Assembly (NCBI GenBank): GCA_965226795.1 | Contig: CBDDDZ010000003.1 | Coordinates: forward strand, 64,001-128,000 | Length of the DNA: 64,000 bases | Direction: 5' to 3' | DNA from: Candidatus Latescibacterota bacterium | Lineage (GTDB): Bacteria > Latescibacterota > UBA2968 > GCA-2709665 | Shown here: positions 38,897-49,160 of the stretch, piece after piece | Position numbering within the stretch: the first letter of the stretch is position 1 | Layout: each line of letters opens with the position of its first letter | Notes under the pieces: model-generated | Databases searched by the model: none | Told to the model about the DNA's origin: nothing | What the model saw: the letters and a program-made list of their open reading frames with translations, nothing else | Position numbers and translations under genes: made by a program

Positions 38897-41152
38897 ATGT
38901 CTGAATCTACAACCTGGAAGGAAGTTCTCGCGGATCGCACACCCGACGAAATGGGCCGGGAAGTGGATATATTCGCCACGCAAATCGAACTGCGGAAACA
39001 GGGCAAAATCGAAGATACCGTTTTTGCGGAGACCCGGTTGCGCCGGGGGGTTTACGGGCAGCGTTACGATAACGGCAAACGGTTCGACGGGAGCAACACG
39101 CAGGTTCTGGATTTCCCCAGCGGGGACCTGGTGAAGGGGCCGGATACGGTGTGGGATGCGCCGGGGATGCAGCGGATCAAAATTCCGTTCGGGGGTCTGA
39201 CCGCGGATCAACTGGATATGCTGGCCGACGTGGCGGAGGAGTATTCGGACGTGATCCTGCACATTACCACACGCCAGGATGTCCAGTTGCATTACGTACA
39301 CATCGAGGATACGCCGGATCTGATGTACCGCCTGGCGTCGGTGGGCATCACAACCCGCGAAGCCTGCGGCAATACGGTGCGGAACGTAACGGCCTGCCCT
39401 CTTTCCGGGGTCTGCCGGACGGAGACGTTCGACGTGACGCCCTATGCCCGGGCGTGCTCCAATTTCCTGCTGGGGCACAAAGACGCGCAGGACTTCGGCC
39501 GGAAGTTCAAAATCGCCTTTTCAGGATGCGAACACGAGGCCTGCGGCCTTGCAAACATGCACGATATCGGCGCCATTGCGGTAACAAAGACAGTGGACGG
39601 AAGGGAGAAACGCGGGTTCAGATTCTACGTTGGCGGCGGGTTGGGCGCCGTACCGCACCCGGCAAAGCTGTTCGAGGAATTCCTGCCGGAAGAGGAGCTT
39701 CTACCCGTGTCGCAGGCGATCTCTCGCGTGTTCGCGCGCCTCGGCCAGAAACGGAACCGGGCACGCGCGCGGCTGAAATTCCTGATCGCCAAGCTGGGCC
39801 TGGAGGAGTTCAAGCGCCTGGTGGAGGAGGAACGGAAAGTGATTCCAGACGACCCCGAATGGACGGCGTTTCTTTCGGATCTCCACGCCTACGACGAGAA
39901 GCCGCTGAAGATCGCACAGCCAATGAACGGGGCCGCCGTTGCCAATGGTTTTGAGGAGTGGGCGCGAACCAACGTATATCAGCAGCGTCAACACGGCTAC
40001 GCGGTGGTTACGGTAACGCTGCCGCTCGGCGACCTCACGTCCAACCAGACGCGGGCCCTCGCCGATATTTCAAGACGATTCGTGAACGATACGATCCGCG
40101 CCACGGTGGAGCAGAACATCGTGTTGCGATGGGTGAGCGATGCGGACCTCCCCGAACTCTACAATGCGCTTGCCAAGATCGGCTTGAATGAACCCGGCGC
40201 CGGGACGATCGTTGACGTAACGGCCTGCCCGGGAACGGATACCTGCAAGCTGGGCATTGCCTCGTCCCGCGGACTGGCCGGCGAACTGCGCACGCGCCTG
40301 GCCGAAGAGGGCCTGGAAATGGATGCCGCCGTGGAAGCGCTCCGAATAAAGGTCAGCGGCTGCTTCAACTCGTGCGGACAACATCACGTTGCGGATCTGG
40401 GGTTCTACGGCATCAGCCGCAAGGTGGGCGGCTTCACGGTGCCTCATTTTCAGGTGGTTCTGGGGGGTCAGTGGTCCGGTAACGCCGCGTCCTTCGGGCT
40501 GGCCATGGGGGCTGTCCCTTCCAAGCGGATCCCCGACGTGGTGGCGCGTATCAGCCAGAGCTATATTCAGGGGCGAACCGGAGGTGAGAGTTTCCAGGAA
40601 TACATCCGGCGGATCGGCAAGGTACAGGTGAAGCGCATGCTCGACGACCTCACCGACGTGCCGCCCTATGAGATCGACTCCTCATATTATATGGATTGGG
40701 GAGACAGCCGGGTGTTCACAACGGGAGACATGGGGAAGGGCGAGTGCGCCGGCGAGGTGGTGCCGCTGGTCCAGTTCGAACTTTCCAGTTGCGAGCGGGA
40801 GGCCTTCGACGCCCAGGTGCTGCTGGATAACGGCCAATATGAAACGGCTTATAAACAGGCATACAGCGCAATGGTTCACGCCGCCAAGGCCCTGGTAAAA
40901 TCGCAATTCCTGGATGTTCCGGAAGATCCGGATATCATCGTATCGGAATTTCGCACCCGCATCGTCGATACCGGGCTGTTGCACGACAATCCTGTAACCC
41001 GTGGCAAGTTTGCCAACTATCTCTTTCGTGCCCAGGGGCGCAACGTTGAATCCTACAGCGAAGACCTGGCGCACCGGTTCATCGAGGAAACGCAGCTCTT
41101 TATCGAAGCGGCATATGCCTGCTACGGGCGGATGAACGTTGTCAACAATTAG
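38897..41152 (+). CDS. Ferredoxin-dependent sulfite/nitrite reductase hemoprotein with a C-terminal HEPN-like extension
   Basis: GVYGQR, HITTRQDVQLH, RKFKIAFSGC, siroheme/[4Fe-4S] motif CPGTDTC...SGCFNSCGQH; tail contains AYSAMVHAAKAL; RBS AGGAGG. Confidence 0.88.
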   Translation: MSESTTWKEVLADRTPDEMGREVDIFATQIELRKQGKIEDTVFAETRLRRGVYGQRYDNGKRFDGSNTQVLDFPSGDLVKGPDTVWDAPGMQRIKIPFGGLTADQLDMLADVAEEYSDVILHITTRQDVQLHYVHIEDTPDLMYRLASVGITTREACGNTVRNVTACPLSGVCRTETFDVTPYARACSNFLLGHKDAQDFGRKFKIAFSGCEHEACGLANMHDIGAIAVTKTVDGREKRGFRFYVGGGLGAVPHPAKLFEEFLPEEELLPVSQAISRVFARLGQKRNRARARLKFLIAKLGLEEFKRLVEEERKVIPDDPEWTAFLSDLHAYDEKPLKIAQPMNGAAVANGFEEWARTNVYQQRQHGYAVVTVTLPLGDLTSNQTRALADISRRFVNDTIRATVEQNIVLRWVSDADLPELYNALAKIGLNEPGAGTIVDVTACPGTDTCKLGIASSRGLAGELRTRLAEEGLEMDAAVEALRIKVSGCFNSCGQHHVADLGFYGISRKVGGFTVPHFQVVLGGQWSGNAASFGLAMGAVPSKRIPDVVARISQSYIQGRTGGESFQEYIRRIGKVQVKRMLDDLTDVPPYEIDSSYYMDWGDSRVFTTGDMGKGECAGEVVPLVQFELSSCEREAFDAQVLLDNGQYETAYKQAYSAMVHAAKALVKSQFLDVPEDPDIIVSEFRTRIVDTGLLHDNPVTRGKFANYLFRAQGRNVESYSEDLAHRFIEETQLFIEAAYACYGRMNVVNN

Positions 41153-41279
41153 CGTCAGTTACCCGGAATATTTCAACATGCTTCCACCGGTTCACCCCGT
41201 CTCGCTGCGTTGAGTTCGTTGAGCTTGTCGAAACGCGCGTGCCGCCGGAAATGATTTTCCTGATTTACGTTTCAGACCT

Positions 41280-41861
41280 ATGAACGCATATCGAATTCAG
41301 ATCAAATTCTACCTCGAGAGCGGTCACGATGTGGCGCCCGATACATGGTTCCGGGTGTTTAACACCTGGATTCCCGAGACCAGAGACGAGGTACTCGTGG
41401 ATGTGGCGGATTATAGCCACGTTCATCGAGGGCCGGTCACCCTTCTGGTCGGACACGAGGCGAATTATAGCATCGACCGTACAGACGGCAAAACTGGGCT
41501 CCTTTATGACCGCAAGCAGCCGTCCGACGGAAACTTCGCGGACCGGCTCCTTGAGGCTTTCGTTTCGACGCTGAAGGCCTGCCACAAGCTCGAACGGGAC
41601 TCTATACTGGCCGGAGCCGCGAAATTCAGGACCGATGAGGTCCTCATCGCGTTGAACGACAGGTTGGCGGCCCCCAATTCAGAGGAAACGCATGCCGCCG
41701 TTCAGGGGGACCTGATCCGCGTGCTGGGAAAACTGTATGATGGCGCCGACGTTGCCATCGAGCGCGATGCAAACCCAAAGCGGCGATTCACCCTCAAAAT
41801 CAGTTCAGACAACCGGAAAAGCGTCGCTGACTTGCTCACGCATCTCAATGGGGATTGTTGA
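41280..41861 (+). CDS. Hypothetical protein downstream of the reductase
   Basis: 193-aa ORF with a globular-looking sequence (DVADYSHVHRGP, NDRLAAPN); co-oriented with the reductase. Confidence 0.75.
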   Translation: MNAYRIQIKFYLESGHDVAPDTWFRVFNTWIPETRDEVLVDVADYSHVHRGPVTLLVGHEANYSIDRTDGKTGLLYDRKQPSDGNFADRLLEAFVSTLKACHKLERDSILAGAAKFRTDEVLIALNDRLAAPNSEETHAAVQGDLIRVLGKLYDGADVAIERDANPKRRFTLKISSDNRKSVADLLTHLNGDC

Positions 41862-41871
41862 CTTTTTGAGG

Positions 41872-41900
41872 CTTGACAAACGTCAAGAAAGTTCTATATT
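41872..41900 (+). promoter_or_regulatory. Sigma70 promoter with an FNR/CRP-like palindrome over the -35 box
   Basis: TTGACA-N16-TATATT; CTTGAC-AAAC-GTCAAG dyad at 41872-41887. Confidence 0.6.
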
Positions 41901-42045
41901 TCGGATGAGGATGGCGTGGCTGGGAGGTAGACTTCGTGAGAACTTACGATATCCGTTTTTTTCGGCGGATTGAATTTCACGAGCCTGTGTTCAATGTTCA
42001 AAAACAAGCGACGTGTAGACTGACTCAAGGAAAGGGGTGAATAGG

Positions 42046-42309
42046 ATGACGTATATCATCGCCGAGCCATGCCTGGACGTGATGGACAGGGCATGTGTGG
42101 AAGTCTGCCCGGTCGACTGCATTTACGAGCCTGATGCGACGACTCTGCCGGAAGGCGAGCGTCGCCAGATGCTCTACATCCATCCGGAGGAGTGCATCGA
42201 CTGCGGAGCCTGCGAACCCGAATGTCCGGTTGAGGCGATTTTTGAGGAAGAGGATACACCTGAAGAATGGAAGGAATACATCGAAATTAATGCAAAAGCG
42301 TTCGAGTAA
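42046..42309 (+). CDS. 7Fe-type (FdxA-like) ferredoxin
   Basis: MTYIIAEPC...CVEVCPVDCI...CIDCGACEPECPVEAI. Confidence 0.95.
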   Translation: MTYIIAEPCLDVMDRACVEVCPVDCIYEPDATTLPEGERRQMLYIHPEECIDCGACEPECPVEAIFEEEDTPEEWKEYIEINAKAFE

Positions 42310-42347
42310 GGCGTTACGACCTCTTCGCTCGTTCAAACGACGTGAAG

Positions 42348-42380
42348 AAAATGCCAGGATCCAGCCGATCCTGGCATTTT
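42348..42380. terminator. Bidirectional intrinsic terminator
   Basis: Perfect 14-bp stem: aaaatgccaggatc-cagcc-gatcctggcatttt. Confidence 0.75.
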
Positions 42381-42518
42381 GAATTTGTAACCGGGGGCGT
42401 TGTCATCCGTATTGACACGTCCGGCAAACACGCGATTCATTTGACAGCTGGATCCGGCTTGAAACGCAACTTACATTAAGCCGAACTTTACATTTCGCAC
42501 GGAAGGACGAAGGCGGTC

Positions 42519-45500
42519 ATGGAAGTAACCACCAACACCGGGCTGTACCGCCCGGAATTCGAGCACGATGCCTGCGGCGTTGGTTTTGTTGCGGATATCA
42601 GAGGCAACCGTAACGGTGAAATCGTGCGCCACGCCGTGCTTGGGCTGGCCAATCTGACCCATCGGGGCGCGATGGATGCCGATGCGAAAACCGGCGACGG
42701 GGCGGGGGTACTCACCCAGATTCCCGCGCGATTGATCGTGCGGGAGGCGGAACGGCTGGGGTACAGGGCCCCCCGCGCGGAGGATCTGGCCGTCGGCATG
42801 CTGTTCCTGTCTCAGGACACGGTGACGAACGACCGCTATCGGATCATCGTCGACGAAGCAACGGATCATTACGGGCTTGTGCTCATTGGATGGCGGACAG
42901 TGCCGGTGGACCGGACGGTCCTCGGCGACCGGGCCGCGGAGTTGATGCCCGATATTCAGCAGGTGCTTATCGCTCGTGGAGACCCGATGTCCGATGCGGA
43001 GTTCGAACGGGCGCTGTACCTGGTTCGACGGCAGGTGGAGAGGTCTGTACGGCGGCACGGGATAGTGGGTTGCTATATCTGCTCGCTGTCCAATCGAACC
43101 ATCGTATATAAAGGGATGATGGTGGCCGCACAGCTTGCCCGGTTTTACAGGGATCTGCAGAATCCTGACTTCGAAACCGCGCTGGCCGTCTTTCACCAGC
43201 GCTACAGTACGAACACGCTGCCAGACTGGTTTCTGGCCCAGCCGTTTCGGTATCTCGCCCACAACGGCGAAATCAACACCCTGCGGGGGAATGTGAACTG
43301 GATGCGGGCGCGCGAGGGGGAACTCAAATCCAGGGCATGGGGACGGCACCTGGATCGAATCAAGCCCATTGTCGACGAGACCCGCAGCGATTCGGCGATG
43401 CTCGACAATGTCTTCGAAACGCTGGTGGTGGCCGGACGGAATCCGATGCACGCAATGATGATGCTGATTCCCGAGGCGTATCGAGGAATACCGGACATGC
43501 CGGAGGATCTGCGCGGCTTTTATGAATATAACGATTGTCTGATGGAACCCTGGGACGGGCCCGCCGCCGTTGCGTTCAGCGACGGCACGGTCGTGGGCGC
43601 CACATTGGACCGAAACGGGTTACGGCCGGCCAGGTATAAAATCACGGATAGCGGCCTGATCGTTATGGGCTCGGAGGTCGGGATGCTGGAGATGGACGAC
43701 TGCCACGTCGTCGAGAAGGGGCGCCTCGGACCGGGACAGATGATCGCGGTGGATACGCGCAGGGGCGTTTTGCTGAAAAACGACGAGATCAAATCCCATT
43801 TTGCGGTCCGCCGGCCCTACCGGCGATGGGTGAGGGACAACCTGGTCCCTTTCGAACCGGCGGATGCCCGCGGTGAGCCGATGCCGGTTGGAGAGCAGAC
43901 GGACCTGGCGCGGAGGCAGGTGGCATTCGGCTACACCGCCGACGAGGTCGAGTATGTCCTGGTGCCCATGGCGAACGACGGCAAGGAACCGGTGGGATCC
44001 ATGGGGGACGATACGCCTCTGGCCATATTGTCCGAGCGGCCCCGGCTTCTGTACGATTTATTTTCACAACGGTTCGCGCAGGTCACGAATCCGCCAATCG
44101 ATCCCCTGCGGGAAGAACTGGTGATGTCTCTGGACGTACTTCTCGGGCGTCGAAGAAATATTTTCAGTGAGAAGGCGCCGCACGCACGGCTGATCCACAT
44201 CCCCTCACCTGTGCTGCTGGATTCTGAATTCCGGCGGCTTTCCAGTTCCGGTTTGCCAGGGTTCGAAGCCGAAAAGCTGCCTGCGCTATTCGTTCCGTCG
44301 GAGGGAGTCGAGGGCCTGCGAAGTGCGCTGGACAGAATGTGTCTGCAGGCGGTGCGCGCGGTCGAGTCCGGCAAGACCCTGTTGACTCTGAGCGACCGCG
44401 GCGTGGATTCGAACCAGGCGCCCATCCCGATGCTGCTGGCCGTGGGCGCCGTACATCACCATCTCATCCGGGAAGGAAAGCGGATGCAGGCGAGCCTGAT
44501 CGTGGAATCGGGGGAGCCCAGGGAAGTTCACCACCTTGCCGCCCTGATCGGGTACGGCGCCAGCGCCGTGAATCCTTATCTGGCTTACGAAAATCTGTCC
44601 GAACTGATCCGCACCGGAAGGCTGGAAGGCGAAATCACCTACGCGAAAGCACTGAAAAATTATCGTCACGCGCTGGAGGCGGGTATCCTGAAGGTGATTT
44701 GCAAAATGGGCATATCCACGTTGAGCAGCTATTGCGGCGCGCAGATTTTCGACGCCGTCGGTCTGCATTCGGACGTGGTGGACCGGTATTTCTCGGGTAC
44801 GGTATCCCAGATTGGCGGGATCGGACTGGCGGAAATTGCAGAGGACGCGGCCGAAAGACACCTGCTGGCGTTCCAGCCCGAGGGGTCGCCCGCGATCAAA
44901 GACGCGGGCATCTACCGGTTCCGGCGGGACGGCGAGTACCACGCCTTCAATCCCCCGGTTTTCAAGGCCATCCACAGCGTGGCCAAAACCGGGAATTACA
45001 AGGATTTCAGGGCTTATTCGCGGTTGGTGGACGGGCGGCCCGCGGCTTCGCTACGGGATCTGATGGCCTTTCGGGAAGGACGCTCCGTCCCGCTCGAGGA
45101 AGTGGAGCCGGCTGAAGCCATCTGCCGGCGCTTTGTGTCCTCGGCGATGTCGCACGGGGCGCTTTCACGGGAGGCGCACGAAACTCTCGCCATTGCGTTG
45201 AACCGCATTGGCGCCAAGAGCAATAGCGGGGAGGGCGGGGAAGATCCGGCCCGGTATCGACGGCTGCCCAACGGAGACTGGCCCAACAGCGCCATCAAAC
45301 AGGTGGCGTCCGGCAGATTTGGCGTCACGCCCGAATACCTGGCGTCGGCCAAGGAACTGGAAATCAAGATGGCGCAAGGATCCAAACCGGGCGAGGGCGG
45401 GCAGCTGCCGGGGCACAAGGTTTCCGCGGAAATCGCGCTGATCCGGCATTCCGTTCCCGGCGTCACGCTGATTTCGCCGCCCCCTCATCACGACATTTAC

Positions 45501-47129
45501 AGTATCGAGGACATCGCTCAACTGATTTACGATCTGAAGCGGGTGAATCCCAGGGCAAAAGTGTGCGTCAAACTGGTCTCGGTGGCAGGCATCGGCACGA
45601 TCGCGGCAGGCGTGGTCAAAGGGTACGCGGACGTGGTCCACATCAGCGGGCGCGACGGCGGTACCGGCGCCTCGCCCCTGGGCGCCATCAAGCATTCGGG
45701 CGGACCCTGGGAACTGGGTTTGGCGGAGGTCCAGCAGACGCTGGTGATGAACGATCTGCGCGGGCGAGTTGTGCTCCGCGTGGACGGCGGCTTGAAGACG
45801 GCCAGGGACGTGGTGGTCGCGGCGGCTCTGGGTGCCGAGGAGTACGGATTCGGTACGGCTGCCCTGGTGGCTATGGGCTGCGTGATGGCTCGACAGTGTC
45901 ACCTGAATACCTGTCCCGTAGGCGTGGCCACGCAAAAGCCGGAATTGCGGGAAAAATTCAAAGGCTCGCCGGAAAATGTGATCCGCTACTTTACCAACCT
46001 GGCCGGTGAGGTCCGGGAAGTCGTCGCGGGGCTGGGATATCGGTCGCTGGAGAGACTGATCGGCCGGACAGAGATTCTGGAAGCCCGCGTCGACCCGACG
46101 AAACGCCGATGGAAGGGAATCGACTTAAGCGATCTGTTGGCCGATCCGGATCCGGCCGGCACAAGGCCGAGGCTGCATACCCGGGAGCGTAACGACCGCC
46201 CCGATGCGTCAATTGACGACTTGCTGCTTCAGGACGCAATGGATGCGATCAAGGAGAACAGCTCGATTACGCTGAGTTACGACATTCAGAACACGAAGCG
46301 CGCGGTTGGCGCCAAGGTGGCCGGCGAGATCGCGTATCACTACGGAGACCGGGGGCTCGACAGTACGGTCGAATGCCGTTTCCGCGGCAGTGCGGGACAG
46401 AGCTTCGGAGCTTTCTGCATACGTGGGCTGCGACTGGTCCTTACCGGTGAGGCCAACGACTACGTCGGCAAGGGCATGCACGGTGGAGAACTCATTGTGC
46501 GACCGCCGGGCAACGCCGGATTTTCGAGCCACAGGAATGCCATCGTTGGCAATACGGTCATGTACGGCGCCACCGGAGGCGTGCTCTACGCCGCGGGATG
46601 TGCGGGCGAGAGATTCTGCGTGCGTAACAGCGGCGGCCACGCGGTCGTGGAGGGTGTGGGAGACCACGGATGTGAGTACATGACCTACGGCGTGGTGGTT
46701 GTGCTGGGTAGCACCGGACGGAACTTCGGCGCCGGAATGACGGGCGGAACCGCGTATGTGCTGGATGAAGAGGGATCGTTTGAGAATCGATACAACCCGC
46801 AACTCGTCGGCATACAGCGCGTCGATCAGCCGGACGACGTCGGCCTGCTGAAAAAGATGATCGGACGGCACCTCGAAAAAACCAACAGCCGCCGGGCGAG
46901 CGCCATTATCACCCGATGGGACAGGTTTCTGCCCAAATTCTGGAAGGTTACGCCCCATGCGCCCGACCACGGCGACGAATTGGTAATTCCGGATCGCTAT
47001 CAGGAAACACATAGGGTAGCCCGCCGGCAGAAGACACAGGACCAGCGGGCAAAGCAGACCACGGGAAAGGCGCACAACGAACCCGTTCACGCACGTGCAC
47101 GGGCATCCGGCCGTTCGAGCAGGGAATAG
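42519..47129 (+). CDS. gltB: Glutamate synthase large subunit
   Basis: EHDA/CGVGF Ntn site, HQRYSTNT, KMAQGSKPGEGGQLPGHKV, CVMARQCHLNTCPVG and GXGXG C-terminal domain. Confidence 0.98.
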   Translation: MEVTTNTGLYRPEFEHDACGVGFVADIRGNRNGEIVRHAVLGLANLTHRGAMDADAKTGDGAGVLTQIPARLIVREAERLGYRAPRAEDLAVGMLFLSQDTVTNDRYRIIVDEATDHYGLVLIGWRTVPVDRTVLGDRAAELMPDIQQVLIARGDPMSDAEFERALYLVRRQVERSVRRHGIVGCYICSLSNRTIVYKGMMVAAQLARFYRDLQNPDFETALAVFHQRYSTNTLPDWFLAQPFRYLAHNGEINTLRGNVNWMRAREGELKSRAWGRHLDRIKPIVDETRSDSAMLDNVFETLVVAGRNPMHAMMMLIPEAYRGIPDMPEDLRGFYEYNDCLMEPWDGPAAVAFSDGTVVGATLDRNGLRPARYKITDSGLIVMGSEVGMLEMDDCHVVEKGRLGPGQMIAVDTRRGVLLKNDEIKSHFAVRRPYRRWVRDNLVPFEPADARGEPMPVGEQTDLARRQVAFGYTADEVEYVLVPMANDGKEPVGSMGDDTPLAILSERPRLLYDLFSQRFAQVTNPPIDPLREELVMSLDVLLGRRRNIFSEKAPHARLIHIPSPVLLDSEFRRLSSSGLPGFEAEKLPALFVPSEGVEGLRSALDRMCLQAVRAVESGKTLLTLSDRGVDSNQAPIPMLLAVGAVHHHLIREGKRMQASLIVESGEPREVHHLAALIGYGASAVNPYLAYENLSELIRTGRLEGEITYAKALKNYRHALEAGILKVICKMGISTLSSYCGAQIFDAVGLHSDVVDRYFSGTVSQIGGIGLAEIAEDAAERHLLAFQPEGSPAIKDAGIYRFRRDGEYHAFNPPVFKAIHSVAKTGNYKDFRAYSRLVDGRPAASLRDLMAFREGRSVPLEEVEPAEAICRRFVSSAMSHGALSREAHETLAIALNRIGAKSNSGEGGEDPARYRRLPNGDWPNSAIKQVASGRFGVTPEYLASAKELEIKMAQGSKPGEGGQLPGHKVSAEIALIRHSVPGVTLISPPPHHDIYSIEDIAQLIYDLKRVNPRAKVCVKLVSVAGIGTIAAGVVKGYADVVHISGRDGGTGASPLGAIKHSGGPWELGLAEVQQTLVMNDLRGRVVLRVDGGLKTARDVVVAAALGAEEYGFGTAALVAMGCVMARQCHLNTCPVGVATQKPELREKFKGSPENVIRYFTNLAGEVREVVAGLGYRSLERLIGRTEILEARVDPTKRRWKGIDLSDLLADPDPAGTRPRLHTRERNDRPDASIDDLLLQDAMDAIKENSSITLSYDIQNTKRAVGAKVAGEIAYHYGDRGLDSTVECRFRGSAGQSFGAFCIRGLRLVLTGEANDYVGKGMHGGELIVRPPGNAGFSSHRNAIVGNTVMYGATGGVLYAAGCAGERFCVRNSGGHAVVEGVGDHGCEYMTYGVVVVLGSTGRNFGAGMTGGTAYVLDEEGSFENRYNPQLVGIQRVDQPDDVGLLKKMIGRHLEKTNSRRASAIITRWDRFLPKFWKVTPHAPDHGDELVIPDRYQETHRVARRQKTQDQRAKQTTGKAHNEPVHARARASGRSSRE

Positions 47130-47185
47130 AACCGGCCATCTTCCGGATCCCTTGATTCCTACGAAAAAGAACAGGAAGGGTCATT

Positions 47186-47941
47186 ATGGTTGATATGACA
47201 GGTAGGGTGGCGTTGGTAACCGGGTCTTCCAGGGGCATCGGACGTGGATGCGCGGTGGAGATGGCCCGTGCCGGAGCGGACGTCGCGGTGAACTACCATT
47301 CGCATCCGGAAGATGCGGAGACCGTCGCGAACGAGGTCCGCGACCTGGGTCGGGAAGCGCTGGTCGTTCAGGCCGACGTGTCGGATCGGGCGGCCGTAGA
47401 CCGGATGGTTGACGCAACCGTAAGCCGTTTCGGCCGGCTGGACATTGTGGTGGCCAATGCATATTACAGCAAACGTGAGCCCTTTCTGGAACTGTCGGTG
47501 CAGGCTGTTCGGCGGACGTGGGAGGTTTGTCTGTGGGGCAGCTTCCACGCTGCCCAGGCCGGCGCCCGGCAGATGGTGGACCAGGGCGGCGGGGGCAGCA
47601 TCCTGTTCATCAGTTCCGTCCTCGCGGAGGTCCCGGTGCCGACGTCGATGCCGTACAATACGGCGAAAGCCGGAATCAACCAGATGTGCCGGACCATCGC
47701 GGCCGAACTGGCGCCGCATCGTATCCGTGCGAACGTGATCGAACCCGGATACACCGACACGCCCGGCGAACGGCAATTCGCCACGGACGAGCAGATCAGC
47801 GAGGCGGCCAAAGGATTGCCCTGGGGCAGGCTGGCCACCATTGAAGACCTGGGAAAAGCGGCAACGTTTCTGTGTTCTGACGCGGCAGACTACATTACGG
47901 GTACGATTCTGAAAGTGGACGGGGGGTACTGCCTCAAATAG
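47186..47941 (+). CDS. Short-chain dehydrogenase/reductase
   Basis: TGSSRGIG, VANA, YNTAK and VDGG. Confidence 0.95.
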   Translation: MVDMTGRVALVTGSSRGIGRGCAVEMARAGADVAVNYHSHPEDAETVANEVRDLGREALVVQADVSDRAAVDRMVDATVSRFGRLDIVVANAYYSKREPFLELSVQAVRRTWEVCLWGSFHAAQAGARQMVDQGGGGSILFISSVLAEVPVPTSMPYNTAKAGINQMCRTIAAELAPHRIRANVIEPGYTDTPGERQFATDEQISEAAKGLPWGRLATIEDLGKAATFLCSDAADYITGTILKVDGGYCLK

Positions 47942-48029
47942 GCCTGCGGATCCTGTCCAACCGCGGCATTCCCGCCGACGCGGCGCTTCGGACAAATACC
48001 AGGTTCCATGTTTCACAATGAGGGACGTT

Positions 48030-49160
48030 ATGCGATTCGTTCGATTCACGATCTTCCTGGGCGCGTGCCTGTGGGGTTTTTCAATTTCTGCGGCCGACCT
48101 GGTCGTGGAGATGCACCAGGAGGAAGAGGAGGCGGAATTGCGGTACCGCGTCGGCGTGATCGACGCGGAAACGCGAACGGTCGATTGGGGTGAGGTGGGG
48201 GCGCACGACGATGGGCAGGCCCCCTCGGTCGCCGTGGACGGAGACCTCGTGGTCGAGGTACACCAGTCCCATTTTGGTACGAATCTGTGGTATAAGGTTG
48301 GCGAGGTCGACGCGAGGACAAAGGCGATCCTGTGGGGCGAGGGGACGAAGTTCGACGGCGGCCGGTTTCCCATGGTCGCGCTGGAGGGCCGGGTGGTGGT
48401 GGAGGTGCATCAGTCCCACCTTGGCACGAATCTGTGGTACCACGTGGGCGTTGTGGACACGCAGGAGAAATCGATTGTCTGGGGCGACGCGCAGAAATAC
48501 GACGAGGGGCGGTTCCCGTCGGTGGCGCTTTCGAACGGGATTGTGGTGGAAACACATCAATCCGAAGAGGGTGAACGTCTACGGTATAACGTAGGCGTGG
48601 TGGATACGGCCGCGATGGAGATCGCGTGGGGAGACGCGCGGGAATACGACCGCGGCCAGACGCCCTCCGTGGATATGGACGATGGCGTGGTCATAGAGAT
48701 ACATGAGTCGATCAACGGAGGGCGTCTGTGGTATCACGTGGGCGCTCTGGATGTGGAGGGCAGGATCGTCGAGTGGGGTGAGGCGAAGGAATCCGACCGG
48801 GGCACGTTGCCCAACGTGGCGCTCGATAACGGGATCGCAACGGAGGTGCATCAGGGACACAACAGTTCCGACCTGTGGTATCGCGTCGGTCCGGTGAATC
48901 CGGAGACGAAGACGGTGTCCTGGGGGACAGGCTGGAACTACGGTGAAGGGATACTGCCCGTTGTGAGCGTCAGCGTCATGGAAAGATCCGCTGATTTCGA
49001 CGGCAACGGAACGGTGGATTTCAGTGATTTTTTGATTTTCGCAAGGGCCTTCGGTTCCGAAGTGGGGGACGTGGATTACGAGAGTCGATTCGACCTGGAT
49101 GGAAACGGCCGCGTCGGCTTTCCCGATTTTGTCCGTTTCGCACGGAAATTTGGCACCTAG
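48030..49160 (+). CDS. Secreted six-repeat beta-propeller protein with a C-terminal dockerin-like double EF-hand
   Basis: Signal-peptide-like N-terminus; six 49-aa repeats; DFDGNGTVDFSDF...DLDGNGRVGFPDF tail. Confidence 0.82.
   Translation: MRFVRFTIFLGACLWGFSISAADLVVEMHQEEEEAELRYRVGVIDAETRTVDWGEVGAHDDGQAPSVAVDGDLVVEVHQSHFGTNLWYKVGEVDARTKAILWGEGTKFDGGRFPMVALEGRVVVEVHQSHLGTNLWYHVGVVDTQEKSIVWGDAQKYDEGRFPSVALSNGIVVETHQSEEGERLRYNVGVVDTAAMEIAWGDAREYDRGQTPSVDMDDGVVIEIHESINGGRLWYHVGALDVEGRIVEWGEAKESDRGTLPNVALDNGIATEVHQGHNSSDLWYRVGPVNPETKTVSWGTGWNYGEGILPVVSVSVMERSADFDGNGTVDFSDFLIFARAFGSEVGDVDYESRFDLDGNGRVGFPDFVRFARKFGT

Noticed and set aside
48100..48980. CRISPR-like array from the 147-bp periodicity
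   Set aside because: The periodicity is protein-coding (49-aa repeats) with degenerate nucleotides; no cas genes or constant repeats anywhere in the window.
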